The translations under genes and the position numbers were made by a program. Source: Isurus oxyrinchus (taxonomy: Eukaryota). From it: 64,000 bases of DNA. The stretch is from the NCBI GenBank assembly GCA_026770705.1, contig JANJGN010000035.1:8432001-8496000 (forward strand). The letters run 5' to 3'. The notes under the pieces were generated by a model. It did no database searches. It was given only the letters and a program-made list of their open reading frames with translations, and was not told where the DNA came from. Of this stretch, positions 38,991-50,770 are shown in pieces (position 1 is the first letter of the stretch; each line of letters starts with the position of its first letter).

Positions 38991-39559
38991 GTACTATGTT
39001 TCCAATTATGCGAGTAGTTTCTTGTTTTTCCTCACTTTGATATGGAAATTCTTCGGACTACTTCAGAAAGCAAATGTGAGAAATGTCAAAATGGAAGCAT
39101 AGGAATTATTTTAACTGACAGGCGATTGAAAGTTTAGGATTATATTACCATCTGAAAGGTGGTGCACTGCAATGCATTCACGAACTCTGCATGTTTTCCT
39201 TATTTTGCAAAAGTCTACAACTTGAGCAAGTAATTAGATTATCTAAATTGGGAAAAAATGCAAAAGAATTGCTCTTTAAAGGGGAAATTGTGTCCAGAAC
39301 CTTTTGCAGCGTAAAGAGAGCATATAAGATATAATTTGTTGCAACTGCTATAGCTGCATTGCAAGGTTCCAGACGGTGATGAGTGTCTCACTGTGTCTCA
39401 CATCAACAAAGTAATACTGAGTTACATGAAATGTGATGAATGGCCAACGACCCAAAATGTTATTGCTGTTCATATGCACGGATGCTGCCTGGCCTGCTAT
39501 GTGCATTTCTGCATTCACTACTTTGATTACAACATTAAGTGCAGCTGGTTGGTGAGGGA

Positions 39560-40500
39560 TCTGGTGACAAAATGAACCCAGTGGTCCGGAAATAGGAAGG
39601 CGTCGAAGTTACTGAGCACTTTTGGTCGTTTCAGTGATGTATTTTGCAAGGCACAGGGCCACGGTAGAACAAATAGAGTCCAGGGAAGCAGAAATTAGTG
39701 CATTGTGCAGGAAAATGGGATGGGTCTACCTAGGCACTACTTGTTATGGATCTGATACGGACTTAAAAATGGGCTTTCCGGTGATGGGGGAGGATGAGCT
39801 TTGAGGCCACTGAGGGAAGACCGTCACAGAGATGATGATTCTGGAATTCCCAAAAACTATTTTTTGGTGTTCGGTGGTGGGGTCATGATCAATATTGGGA
39901 GGTTGAGGCTTAAAGAAGCGTTCGCAGGTTGGCATTCTGAATTTGCTAGGTGGAGGTTGCTATGCCAGCCTGCGTTGCGATTCCCCTTATCAGCATAGTG
40001 TATAACGTTTTTAACGTTTGAAATTGGCAAATGGAGTCCGGAAAATTCTGAAAGCGAAGTAGAAAATTGAGGCTGAGAAACAGATACATTTTGAGCTCAA
40101 ATCTCTCCAAATTTATCAATGATTAATAACCTGGGCACTCCCCGTGCTGTAAGAACACAGAGACGCAATCCAGGTGGAAAGGCGATTGTGATGGCATGTA
40201 GAAGGGCCGACTTGAGCTTTGGGGAAATTCCATGCCAAACAATTTGATCTTGACGAGCAGGTGATGAATAAGATGTCAAAACCATGCCAAGTTTTTTTTT
40301 CATGGAACTGGGTTTTTAAACAGATGAGGCCGATGACTTTATTAAGGACAGTTCTTTCAGAGTCAGAGAGCGGAAGATCTTTGCCATTGCAAATTCACAG
40401 AAGAAGGGAGAGTTTGTAACCAGGGATAATTATAGTAAAATTGGCTGTGTTAAAGATCGAGAAGGATGCTGGAGCCCATGGTGTATTTATATTGCTATCC
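39560..40500 (-). mobile_element. L2 LINE RT fragment
   Basis: Antisense SDSERTVLNKVIGLI (HSTETALxKVxND) and downstream L2-like segments. Confidence 0.55.
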
Positions 40501-42453
40501 CTCACACTGTAATGCAGATAAACATATTTTCGTTCAAGTGCTGAATGAGGAAAAGGGAGAAATGAACGTTTCAACTGGGGAAGATTTCAGATATTGCTAC
40601 TTATGTATGGTGTGATACTGGTGTATGTTACTGGGCGTGCATTTCAGCATGAAGAGTGATTGGTGGTTCCATGAATTTGTAGACATTGTATAAAATTGTC
40701 GTTGTAAGTGAAACATGGAAGCAGAGCATTTCAAGAGTACTATTTCTCCTATAAGCTTGTTTTTGCTTAATATATATAGACGACTTTACTTATTACTTTA
40801 AACCTCCCTTATAGTTAACTCTAATGCACGCAACAATTATTGCATTTCCTTAGCCATACTTCCCAAATTAGTTACTTAATATACATTTAGTACCAAGAAC
40901 ACCGAAAGTCATTAGGTTTTGCAAGGCTCTTCAAGGAAGCCAAAAGCGTAAAAGTTTTATTCCCATGCATGATCAGCTTGGAACCATGTACAGCAATATG
41001 CATTATTCCATGCCCTCGGTGATGAGGCGACAACAATTTGAGTTACGTTATGTATTTTAATCCATGTATTAATCTATATACAACACGAATTTGTGGAAGA
41101 CACTTTCATATTTCTACGAGTCTTGATGGTGCCTTTCTCATTGTTTAACTTAACTTCGGTTCTATATATCACTTCGGCTGCATCTATTGATTTTTTTTTC
41201 CTGAAATCTAATGTTGTGGTAGCTGCATCACTGTTTCTGATGTTAATTACACCCTCAACAGTTGTTCTAAAATAAAATGCAATTTTTGCTAGATTATTTT
41301 CTCAATTTGCTTGCCAACCACACACAGCACAAGAGCACCCCCTTCAGTTACAATTCACAAACCCATCACCACCTTCACCCCGTCTCCATCCGTATTCCAA
41401 TTACAGTAATTTCTAACAATATGACATTTCCTTCCTGCTCTGAATTTGGTCCAAGCCGAGATAATGTCCAGGGCATCACAGCAGCACAAACTGTTCACTT
41501 TCCCATTACTCTTAGCAGTAGTGCTTGACTTTGCAACAGTTCTTTCCACATCACTCCTGTAGCCACGGTCAAAACCATTGTTCTCTTTGCCCCCATGTCA
41601 CTTAGGTAATTAACACTGCTGACTTAATATGATTAATCAAATTGACATCTAAATGTCCCCGCTGTAGTCTGTTCACAATTGTGTCCTCCCACATGCCCTC
41701 CCCCTCAATTTTTTGGAACATGTGATAGATTCTTCTGCATATAATTCCAATTTCCTTTCAGCCACATTAACACATTGTTAGCATCAGGTCGAAAATTTAC
41801 CCGTCGGGTGAATCGATCGTGCCGGAAGAGCATGCTGCCAGTTTCGTAAATGATGATTCCTTTGCAATTGCTGCATTTCTGTTACACCGCTTTCCACATT
41901 GAAATTTCAAGTGCTCCATTATCCAGCCCCTTTAATCAGTTTTGTTGTTTTCCTCCTCACTTTATCTTCACTTTTTTTTTCTCTAAACACATCTTACTTC
42001 TCCATTAGGGCAGTCTCTGCCGAAGCATTAACTTATCATTTGTTAGTACACGATATCCCATTGCCTCAAATTCACGTTCCAGCATTCTTGAACGTTTGCT
42101 TCAGTCTGTTGCATGATTGTGCTCAGAAGGAAGAACTACAGAAATTCCTTCCATTGGCGAATGCGAATGAGTAACAGATCCCAGCAAAACCAACGTATTT
42201 TGCGCAATAAAGTCAGCTAACTATCTAAGTTCCGCTTGCAAGCTGTAGTCCTATCAGATTTTGTGGCCCCTCCTGATTGTGCAGAACAAAGAATAACAAG
42301 TTTCTCACAAATCAAAATCTCCTCCAGCACACTGCATTTTTATTTGGCCAACCATCTTACGTCCATGTCCTCTTGTTATTGAATAGTTTGGTCCAGAAAC
42401 AGAAACATTCCGCTTAGCATTCCAGAAACCCAGTGATTATAATGATGGCTTCC

Positions 42454-42467
42454 ATCTATCTGTCTAT

Positions 42468-42498
<31 letters not shown>

Positions 42499-42536
42499 CC
42501 TTTCTGTCTATCTATCTAACTATTTTTTTTATCTAT
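42454..42536. repeat. (TATC)n microsatellite, imperfect
   Basis: atctatctatctatc runs. Confidence 0.9.
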
Positions 42537-43022
42537 CCAAAGTCGCTGGTGTTGTAATCCAGAGTACCAGGTTGAGCCGCAAGACAGATGTTGCAATTTG
42601 TATTCAATTAGTATCTGGAATTAAATTTCAAATGATGACTATGGAACCACTGTCGCTTGCTCTAAAAAAACATATGGTTCACGATTTCCTTTAGGGAAGG
42701 AAATCTGCTGCTCACACCTGGCTGGCATTTATTAGACTCCAGCCTTGCGGCAATGTCATATAACTGCCTTTCGGGAACACATCTGTCCGTGACAGTATGG
42801 GTAGGGGTACCAGCTCACAGTCATTGTGGAGAGGAAGTCCTGTCTTCCCATTAAGGGAAACCACCATCATGTTGTGTTGGCCTATCACTATGAAAAATGA
42901 GATGAATTTCGAACTGATCAATGAACTCAAGACTGGGAATGCACTGGGAAATCAGCAGCAGCAGAAGTATACTCGAACACAATGGATAAGCTGAGGGCCT
43001 GGCATATGTCGCACTTTACCAT

Positions 43023-44702
43023 GTTCAGTCTCTTTATGGGGTATGTGGAACATTCCTTGTTCCAGTCCTACTCCGGCCCCCTTCCACAACTCTTTCTCCG
43101 GTACATAGATGATAACTTCGGTGCTGCTTCATGCTCTCGTTGGGACATGGAAAAAATTATTAATTTTGCTTGCAATCTCCATCCCTGCATCATTTTCTCG
43201 TCGTCCATCTCTGACACATCCCTTCCCTTCCTTGACCTATCTGTCTCAATCTCTGGTGATAGACTGTCCACCAATCTCCATTACAAACCCACCGACACCC
43301 ACATCCACTTCGACTACAGATCCTCACACCACACTTCCTGTAAGGACTCCATCCCATTCTCTCAGTTCCTTCGGCTCCGTTGCATCTGTTCTGATGATGT
43401 TACATTCTCAAACAGTTCTTCTGACATGTCCTCCTTCTTCCTTAACCAAGGTATTCCACACACGTTCGTTGACAGGGCCCTCAACCGTGTCCAGCCCATC
43501 TCCCGCGCATCCGCCCTCATGCCTTCTCCTCCCTCCCAGAAACATGATAGGGTCCCCCTTGTCCTCACTTTTCACCCCACCAGCATCCGCATTCAAAGGA
43601 ACATCCTCCGCCATTTCCGCCAACTCCAGCATGATGCCATCACCAAACACATCTTCCCTTCACCCCCCCTATCTGCATTCCATAAGGATCGCTCCCTCCG
43701 GGACACCCTGATCCACTCATCCATGACCCCCAACTCCTCAACCCCCTTACTATGGCACCATCCCACACCCACGCAAAGGATGCAACACCTGCCCCTTCAC
43801 TTCCTCTCTCCTCAACGCCCAAAGGCCCAAACACTCCTTTCAAGTGAAGCAGCATTTCACTTGCATTTCCCCAAAATTAGTCTACTGCATTCGTTGCTTC
43901 CAAAGTGGTCTCTTCTACATTGGAGAGACCAAACGTAAACTGGGGGACCGCTTTGCAGAACAGCTGCGTTCTGTCCGCAAGAATGACCCAAACCTCCCTG
44001 TCACTTGTAATTTTAACACTCCACCCTGTTCTCTTGCCCACATGACTGTCCTTGGCTTGTTGCATTGTTCCAGTGAAGACCAACGCAAACTAGAGGAACA
44101 ACACCTCATCTTCCGACTAGGCACTTTACAGCCTTCCAGACCGAATATTGAATTCAACAACTTTAGGCCTTGAGCTCCCTCCACAATCCCCACCCCCTTT
44201 CTGCTTCCCCCTTCCTTTTGTTTTTTTTTCCAATTTATTATGTAGATTTTTCTTTTCCCACCTATTTCCATTATTATTAAATATTTTAAAATCGTTTATG
44301 CTCTCCCCACCCCCACTAGACTGCCTTGAGTGCCCTACCATCCATTCTTAATTAGGACATTCGTTTAGATAATATCACCAACTTTAACACCTATGTGTTC
44401 TTTTGTTCTATTGTTGGTGTCAAATTTTGATGATCTGCTTCTATCACTGCTTGTTTGTCCCTACAACCACAGGAACCCCCTCCACTTCTCTCTGTCTCTC
44501 TCTGTCCGCGCCCAACACCCCCCCCCCCCCCGCCCCCATCCAAACACACACACACACACCATATACCAGCTTGTATTACAAATCTTTCTTGGACTCGAAC
44601 ACAATTTCTGTTGAAGGGTCATGAGGACTCGAAACATCAACTCTTTTCTTCTCCGCGGATGCTGCCAGACCTGCTGAGTTTTTCCAGGTAATTCTGTTTT
44701 TG
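43023..44702 (+). mobile_element. 5'-truncated Penelope-like element (Neptune-type RT + GIY-YIG + 3' terminal repeat), with 8-bp TSD tttaccat
   Basis: RT FLRYIDD, LPFLDL, YKPTD, SIPFSQFLRLR; GIY-YIG LVYCIRC..YIGETKRKLGDRFAE; frameshift near 43750; tttaccat at 43015-43022 and 44703-44710. Confidence 0.92.
44600..44646 (+). ncRNA. Minimal hammerhead ribozyme motif of the Penelope terminal repeat (variant core)
   Basis: ctgttga (CUGANGA variant) 44608-44614, stem II gggtc/gactc, gaaa 44631-44634, then catc. Penelope terminal repeats are known to carry minimal hammerheads. Confidence 0.6.
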
Positions 44703-45634
44703 TTTACCATTATTAACCCTGGTTCAATGGAGAGTGCAGGGGAGCATGCCACGAGCAGCATTATAATGGTCCATTGCTTTTTGACAACTTGGTGAACCAA
44801 TAACACAGTACGACTTGCGTGCAAACAATATACGTTCCTGTAAATACCTTCTGATAAGAACTGTGGAATACCACAAAACATCCACTGCAGCAGTTGGAAG
44901 AGGCAGTACACATCACGATCTCAAGTACAACTAGGGATTTCCCATTCAACGAAGGCTACTTACGATGAATGAACCAAACAAACTTTTTCTATCTGCCTGG
45001 ACATCTATTGCTCCCAACTTTGGCACAAGCCGCAGGTGAACTTGTCAGTGCATGGAGGGCTGACTGTGCCATTGTTGTTTTCGCTGCCTCGGCCGCAGGC
45101 CCTTCCATTTTAATTCATTTTTAATGCAACAGAGTGCAGTCACATTTGACATGACGAAAAATGAGGTGAGCACGGCAATAAGTTAGATGGTAATTGCCAG
45201 AAAAAAGATCCATGATCATCATTGAACTCTCTTCATTTCAGTCATTCGTTGAGGATACATTTCGCTGGAACCCTTGGTGCAATTTGAAACAAGGTACCTC
45301 ATGCATTTTCCTGAGTTGCAGGATTACCTGTCAACTGAAAACACCATACACTATCACATCCCCGAAAGGTGACACCCTGACACTTTTCAAGAGGAGACTT
45401 TTTTGGGAAGAAAAGACACTAAGGAAAATGAAAAAAAAACATTTTGCGAAGAAACAAGCAAAGTGCTCGTTTGGTAGCACGGTGTTCCTCGTTGGTGTTT
45501 GCAAATAAATTACATATAAGTATTAGCCTTTTGTTTTAAAGCAAGGGATAAAGAGATACGAGATGGCTTTTGGAGGTCAAAGGGATAAGCAGCTGCATGT
45601 AGGGGCTTGCTGTTGGAACGTGCACAATAAATTC

Positions 45635-45726
45635 TTGGGCTGATTGGCAGGGTTTTAGAAAGGCAGTGGACGTTTTGACGTGGCGTCGTTGGGAAACCGT
45701 CGCGCCGTGGAGAGCCGCAAGTAAGT
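45635..45726 (+). promoter_or_regulatory. Candidate promoter/first-exon remnant
   Basis: Reverse CCAAT ctgattggc 45640-45648, tgacgtgg 45676-45683, X-box-like gttgggaaac, local CpG cluster, consensus donor caa|gtaagt at 45721. Confidence 0.4.
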
Positions 45727-46046
45727 TTAGGCAGATTATTGCAATGCTGAACATCGGCCAAATGAATGACACTTAAACATGATCTGGAAGAAATTCCTCT
45801 ATTTTGCCACATAGTTTATATTAAAAGTGGCATGAAAAGTGACCTGCAAAGTAAGGGTTGATCCTGGTCGAGTTTTGTTATGTTTCCAGCAGGGAAAGTC
45901 CCATTACGTTAACTATTGCACTTAGTTAAATTTCCTCGACTGTTGGGATCTTAATCTGTTTAAAAGTCGTCAAATTGAAGGGAATTCATAATCCCCAAAT
46001 GAAGTACACATGAACTCAAAGGCTACCAGTATCCTGGCAAGTGAAT

Positions 46047-47400
46047 ATGAAAAACATCAGTGCACCTGGAAGCTGACAGCTTCGTGTAGGCTTTCTCACT
46101 TTAGCAGGATGTTGCCTCGTGTGTATGTCGGTAACCAATCTCTCAGTCTTCTTGCTGAAAATCATGTTCCAATTGATATTTCGAGTAGTGCATGGATTGT
46201 GGCAGTGCATCCTTAGCCTGACAGGTGTTTGGCTGCATGGAAGTGTATTGAGATAAATACTTATTTCTGATGTTCAAATTGTTTAATAATCATGTATAGC
46301 ATGCATGGCCATTTAAATGTAATCGTTTTCGTGACAACTGTGTATAGGATTATCAATTAATACCATACACTGTTTGGGTTTATAGGGTCCCTAGCTTCAA
46401 CTGACGAATATCTGGACTAACAATGATGAAAGTTTCCTTTTGAACCACAAAAATCAATTCATAAATTTATTTATGATTATCACTTATCGTCTACAGGTCT
46501 AGAAATTATTTTGGACAGTGTATCTTTAAGCTTTGGATTCGAGTTTTGCACTTCAAGGAATATTCTTCATGTTGTTCGTTCTGCCGGAGCCCCATTTTTC
46601 GCAGAATATATTAAAATTCAGTTGGAGAACCTTTTTCATTTCATGAAGTTCAGCTAGCTTTCTGGCTTTCTGAAGGTGGAAGATATAACAATCGCAATTT
46701 GAATAGCAAGATTTAAAGTTAGCTNNNNNNNNNNNNNNNNNNNNNNNNNNNNNNNNNNNNNNNNNNNNNNNNNNNNNNNNNNNNNNNNNNNNNNNNNNNN
46801 NNNNNNNNNNNNNNNNNNNNNNNNNNNNNNNNNNNNNNNNNNNNNNNNNNNNNNNNNNNNNNNNNNNNNNNNNNNNNNNNNTCTCAAATTTAGGGACGAA
46901 CTAAAAGAAACACATCAATCAGGACAGATCAGCCTCGGTCAAATTGTTCGGTTTTAGGAAGCATCTTAAGATGGATCTTAAGAAAGAGGCATCGAAAGAC
47001 AAATTGGGACTAACATTGGGGTTTCAGAGTGAGGCAGCTGTGTGATCAGTGGCCAATCGTGGGTGACGAATTTTGACGTGTCATAACAAATCAAAAGCCA
47101 GCAGCATTCTTTATTGATACTAATAATACTGTGGAAGGGAAACAAATAGGTTTGTGAAAATGAAATTGCACAGCTTAAATCCATAAAGATATAGGCGAAA
47201 TTTATCATCGCTCTCAGTACAAAATGAAAATATTTCGAAACCAGTGCTCCTTTTACCATGCGGCCTATCTTAATAATATCGACCAAAACGAACTCGTAAT
47301 TCATTGCAATTTTTAACGTCATTCGTCCTGCTATTACCCACAAAGCATTCTGCAACAACCCACACTCTATGTGAGTGCTATACAACTATCTCTGAACACA
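46047..47400 (+). pseudogene. SLC66A3: SLC66A3/PQLC3-like pseudogene
   Basis: Exon 46047-46224 and exon from 46497 join in phase: CMSVTNLSVFLLKI..RVVHGL..ILSLTG|LEIIL..FGF..LENLFHF vs CNWSTLGVCAALKL..RSARGL..LLELAG|FLVFL..YGY..LLCIFHF. After the gap, FIIALS and LTSFVLLL (FISAAS, LLRFVIML). Stops present. Confidence 0.55.
46725..46881. other. Assembly gap (157 N)
   Basis: Run of n. Confidence 1.
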
Positions 47401-48249
47401 ATTGTCTGATGAAAACATTTTTTTTTGAAGTTTCTTACGAAACGTGCCATTCCATTCTAATTTGTTCATCTTTCATTGATCACGTCAGCAACGTTCAATG
47501 TTTCAGCTTGAACACTACAATTCCTATGCTTTCATAATGTGTTTTATGGATCAGATTATGAAGTCACGCTTAATATTTTATATCTTGTGCATGCATGTGT
47601 AATGCATTCTTTTGGATGCTCCAGGTTGGAATCGGAACTTCTACGAAACACAAAGCTCACAAGATATTCTATGTCTGTTGCTATAATGATTATCAAACTC
47701 TTAGCAACTATTATTACTTAAGATACAAACTCGCAACTCAAAACAAAAGTGAGGAATTTAAAAAGGATGTCATAGTTGTCATGATGCTTTCGAAGCGAAA
47801 TTCTACCATTAATCAACACATTAAAAGCTCCAATTAAACGTATGATTTCAGGAGAAAAGTCACCCCATCAATATTATCTCTCCATAAAACAAATCCCAAA
47901 GTAATTGTTATATTCCTATATTTTAAAGCTGACGCATTATCAATGTGCTTTTGTCTTTCTACAATTGAGCTGGGCTTTGGAGAAGCTACAACAGTCGGAC
48001 CTGCCTTATTGGTTTCTTTTTAATAGGATGTGTATTCTTGTGTCGGAGGCATATCAGAGAAGGACATTAGTTTGTTTATGCAACGAATGAGTTCTCTATT
48101 TTTTAAACTTTGAATATTCGGGGTTGCAAAACATGAAATTAAGAAGAATGAAAATTGATCAGACTGCACTATATTGACACTGAAAGTTCTTGGCAAGTTT
48201 GATGCCGTGCCTCTTTTTAATATACTAACTGCTGTGAATTAATTACTAT

Positions 48250-48535
48250 TAGAATATGTGGTCACACAGTTAAGGCAAGATGAGGAGAAACGTCTTTTTC
48301 CCTGGATCGTTAACCTTTGGACATCACCAATGTTCTGGCAGACTGAAATTTTCAATATATTCAAGAATGAGCTGCACAGCATTCGACCAAAACACAAGTT
48401 AATTGATTACAGGGGAAATTAAGATTTGTTCAAGACACAATTAGGTTTTAATCGATTTATCTTATTGTCAGAAGGGGATTGAAGGTCAGAGTGACATCAT
48501 TCCCATCCTATAATGTTATGCTCTTATGTAACCAT
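48250..48535 (+). mobile_element. CR1 LINE 3' fragment within the ROCK-like relic
   Basis: gatgaggagaaacgtctttttccc..aacctttgga and a tail ending cctataatgttatgctcttatg. Confidence 0.6.
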
Positions 48536-50214
48536 GTAACATTTCATATAACAACATTGTAATTGATATCCCAGTCCTTAAAAGGACTGCCTTTAATATA
48601 TATAACATGTTTTCTGGTCGCTTCCATATCCGGAAACTGATTTTACAGGTTTCTGTAGAATTCTAACGCATAGATATCATTGGTGCGCTCAGGCCTGTGT
48701 GTTTACTTTCAAGAATTATGTCATCTGGTAATCTTTACAACATAGAATTATGCCAGAGAAAAAGCCAAAATTGGTGACCGAAGGGGCGTTGCTGGAGGTG
48801 ATCTTTTCTTAAGAAAATGTGTTTAATGTCGGACAAACTGAAATAATTTGAGAGTTATGTGTTTGGCAAGTTCAGGCAGCATGCGGGATTTTCGAAAGAA
48901 TAAAGTGTATCGCACTGAAATTCCTAAATCAATGTCAGCGAAACTCTTGAACGGGGAGGGTCATGATAAGTATAACATTTGATATGTTCGGAGTCACCAT
49001 TTCAAAATCCCTGCATCCGGCAGTGAAACATATCCAATTATTTAGATCGGAGCTGTTCACTTTTCATCAGGACAATTATGTAAATACCCGACCTTGACGA
49101 CGGAAAAAGGCTAGATGTTCGGTTAGCTACTTCATGCAGTATGATGAATTTGTTAATATCGAATTTGTTGCACAACACCAGATGATACACTTGCGGAATA
49201 CAATAGACAAGTTGTACCTGCCTTTCTGATAAAGCCCAATTACAGTATTAATTTCGATGCAGCTTGTTATGCTCCTTAAAATGCTCGAATTTTGTTAAAT
49301 TTGTACATTCATAGTCAGTGCATATGTCTGTTAGCAAATATTGAACGTAGCTGAAACAGCATGGAGATATTTCCATTTGAATTACCCATCAAGTGCAAGC
49401 CGTTTGCCAGAGGATCATCAGAGTGAATCGACTGTTAGCTTCAAATGTATGTAATGTCAAATTTTCCAATGGTAATGCTACTAGTTCTCGAGAGTCCTTG
49501 AATCAACTCTTTCCTTTTTTGGAAATGGGCACTGATTGGCGTCTATCTTGCAGAAATGCTAATTGTCACTTATCTATCTAAGCTGTCAATTTGGTTTGGT
49601 ATCATGGCAGTTAAACGACCTTCAGAGAGCGGCATCTGATGCACATCTGTGTTGCAAACACATAATTAGGATTTTTGCGATGTCATTGCTAAAACGGCCT
49701 AGTTAATTATAATGGAATTATGGCTAATATATGATACTAGTAATGTAAACAAGTGTTGGCTGAACAGAGAGGCAGAGCTGCCAGGAGAGAAAAATAGAGC
49801 CTGAAAGCCATGTAGAAAATGTTCCAGAGGCTGGAAGTTGTAAGCAAAACAGGAAATGTTAGAAAAACCAAAGGCCTGTCTCCCTCAATGGGGAGAGGAA
49901 CACAATTAGTGCTTCGAGTCAAATATGGCAATGATTTGGAAGCACTTTGATGTCATTATTCTGGTTGGAACATTGGGGTTGTGGCATTTGGAGAAAAGGA
50001 AGTATCAGTGAGCGGTTGTAGGGTTGAGTAGTTTGAATGACAAGGATGTTATGGAACAGAGGGGTATGGACGCGACAATGACAATTAAAATAAGTAAATT
50101 ATTGGCCCAAATACGAGTTAATATCAGAATTTACAACAGTGCTTCCAAAAGGAAAATAGCAGAACGAGTTAACTTTATATGATGCTGTTTATGAGGTAAT
50201 ATTAAATGCCAAGT

Positions 50215-50770
50215 TGTTTCACAATGCTCTGGGAAGCCCGGCGAAGATAAATACGTCAGGGAAGTAGTGAAGATGTGCTGACGTGTTGCGGCTGTGTTTA
50301 GATTTTTGGCACAGGCCGAATGGGTGGAAGGGCCACAATAGAATTATCGTCAGGGGATTCTGGTTCACCGTCGGGGGTGCGGAGATTCGGCTGGTTGTCG
50401 GGGCAAGGGATACGCTGCAGCGTAGCCAGGGCCTCAACAACTCATTTTGGAGAGTCCGGGTAGGTGTCAGGCATCAGTAACATAGTTCATCAGGCGTTAT
50501 AAGATAACAGGTTTTCCCGAAGTCTCCAATATTTGGATGAGTCCTGGTTCAGAGTAATTATCCATCGGAATTTAAAGTCCCCGTGCAAAACCCGCACCGT
50601 TCCTGTGTTGGGTCTCCCGGTAGGCTGTCGAGGAGTGGGAGGGGGTGGGGTGGTTGGTATTGCAGTTCCACGGCCACCTCCACTGGGGAATACCGGCGGG
50701 GTACAATCGGAGGATATAATCACACACTTAAAATCTGGGTCACTTACTTTCAATATTTAGCAATTCTGAC
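50215..50770 (-). mobile_element. L2-like LINE EN/linker fragment
   Basis: VLHGDFKF (GDFN motif); GC-rich. Confidence 0.45.

Larger units (their letters stand above)
35450..41270 (-). pseudogene. Shark-type NLR (CARD-like + NACHT + LRR) pseudogene
   Basis: NACHT exon 36506-37953 (acceptor cttcaag, donor cag|gtaatt): DIAQLHKD..RLMEKDKKARGR; Walker A remnant ITIGKSTMTPKLIYEWSSG; KLLKGSLVLATSR; GETVGFTSEATKQYF; CYNPLYCSVLC; with stops. Linker exon 39149-39242. CARD-like exon ~41090-41267 (VEGV..EKGTIKTRRNM). LRR-like FSGALKLFKAHFRSEHSKSQ at ~36.0k. Confidence 0.8.
42540..44965 (+). mobile_element. Internally deleted SINE-headed L2/Crack-like element, interrupted by a Penelope insertion
   Basis: Head gtaatccagag..ctttagggaaggaaatctgc. 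The sequence left of 43022 continues in register at 44711 (aaccctggttcaatggagagtgcagg); tail at ~44.9k. Confidence 0.65.
40817..45400 (+). pseudogene. E2F6: E2F6-like pseudogene
   Basis: ~40817-41020 RNNYCISLAILPK / LVPRTPKVI..GSQKRKSF (RPRFDVSLVYLTRK / LVRSAPGGI..GVRKRRVY); 42010-42170 exon with phase-2 ends and LLHDCAQ..ANE (LIKDCAQ..ENE); ~45018-45165 with donor gag|gtgagc; from 45242 HSLRIHFAGTLGAI (E2F marked box SLQIHLASTQGPI). Confidence 0.6.

Noticed and set aside
41090-41267. Minus-strand frame EGVINI..ATTTLDFRKKKSID as an E2F winged helix
   Set aside because: It fits the shark NLR N-terminal CARD-like exon better (VEGV, EKG..RR.M..S), and the other E2F exons are on the + strand. 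Some ambiguity remains.
42982-43938. 318-aa ORF as a host gene
   Set aside because: It is Penelope RT. The ATG comes from the flanking LINE and the C-terminus is out of frame.
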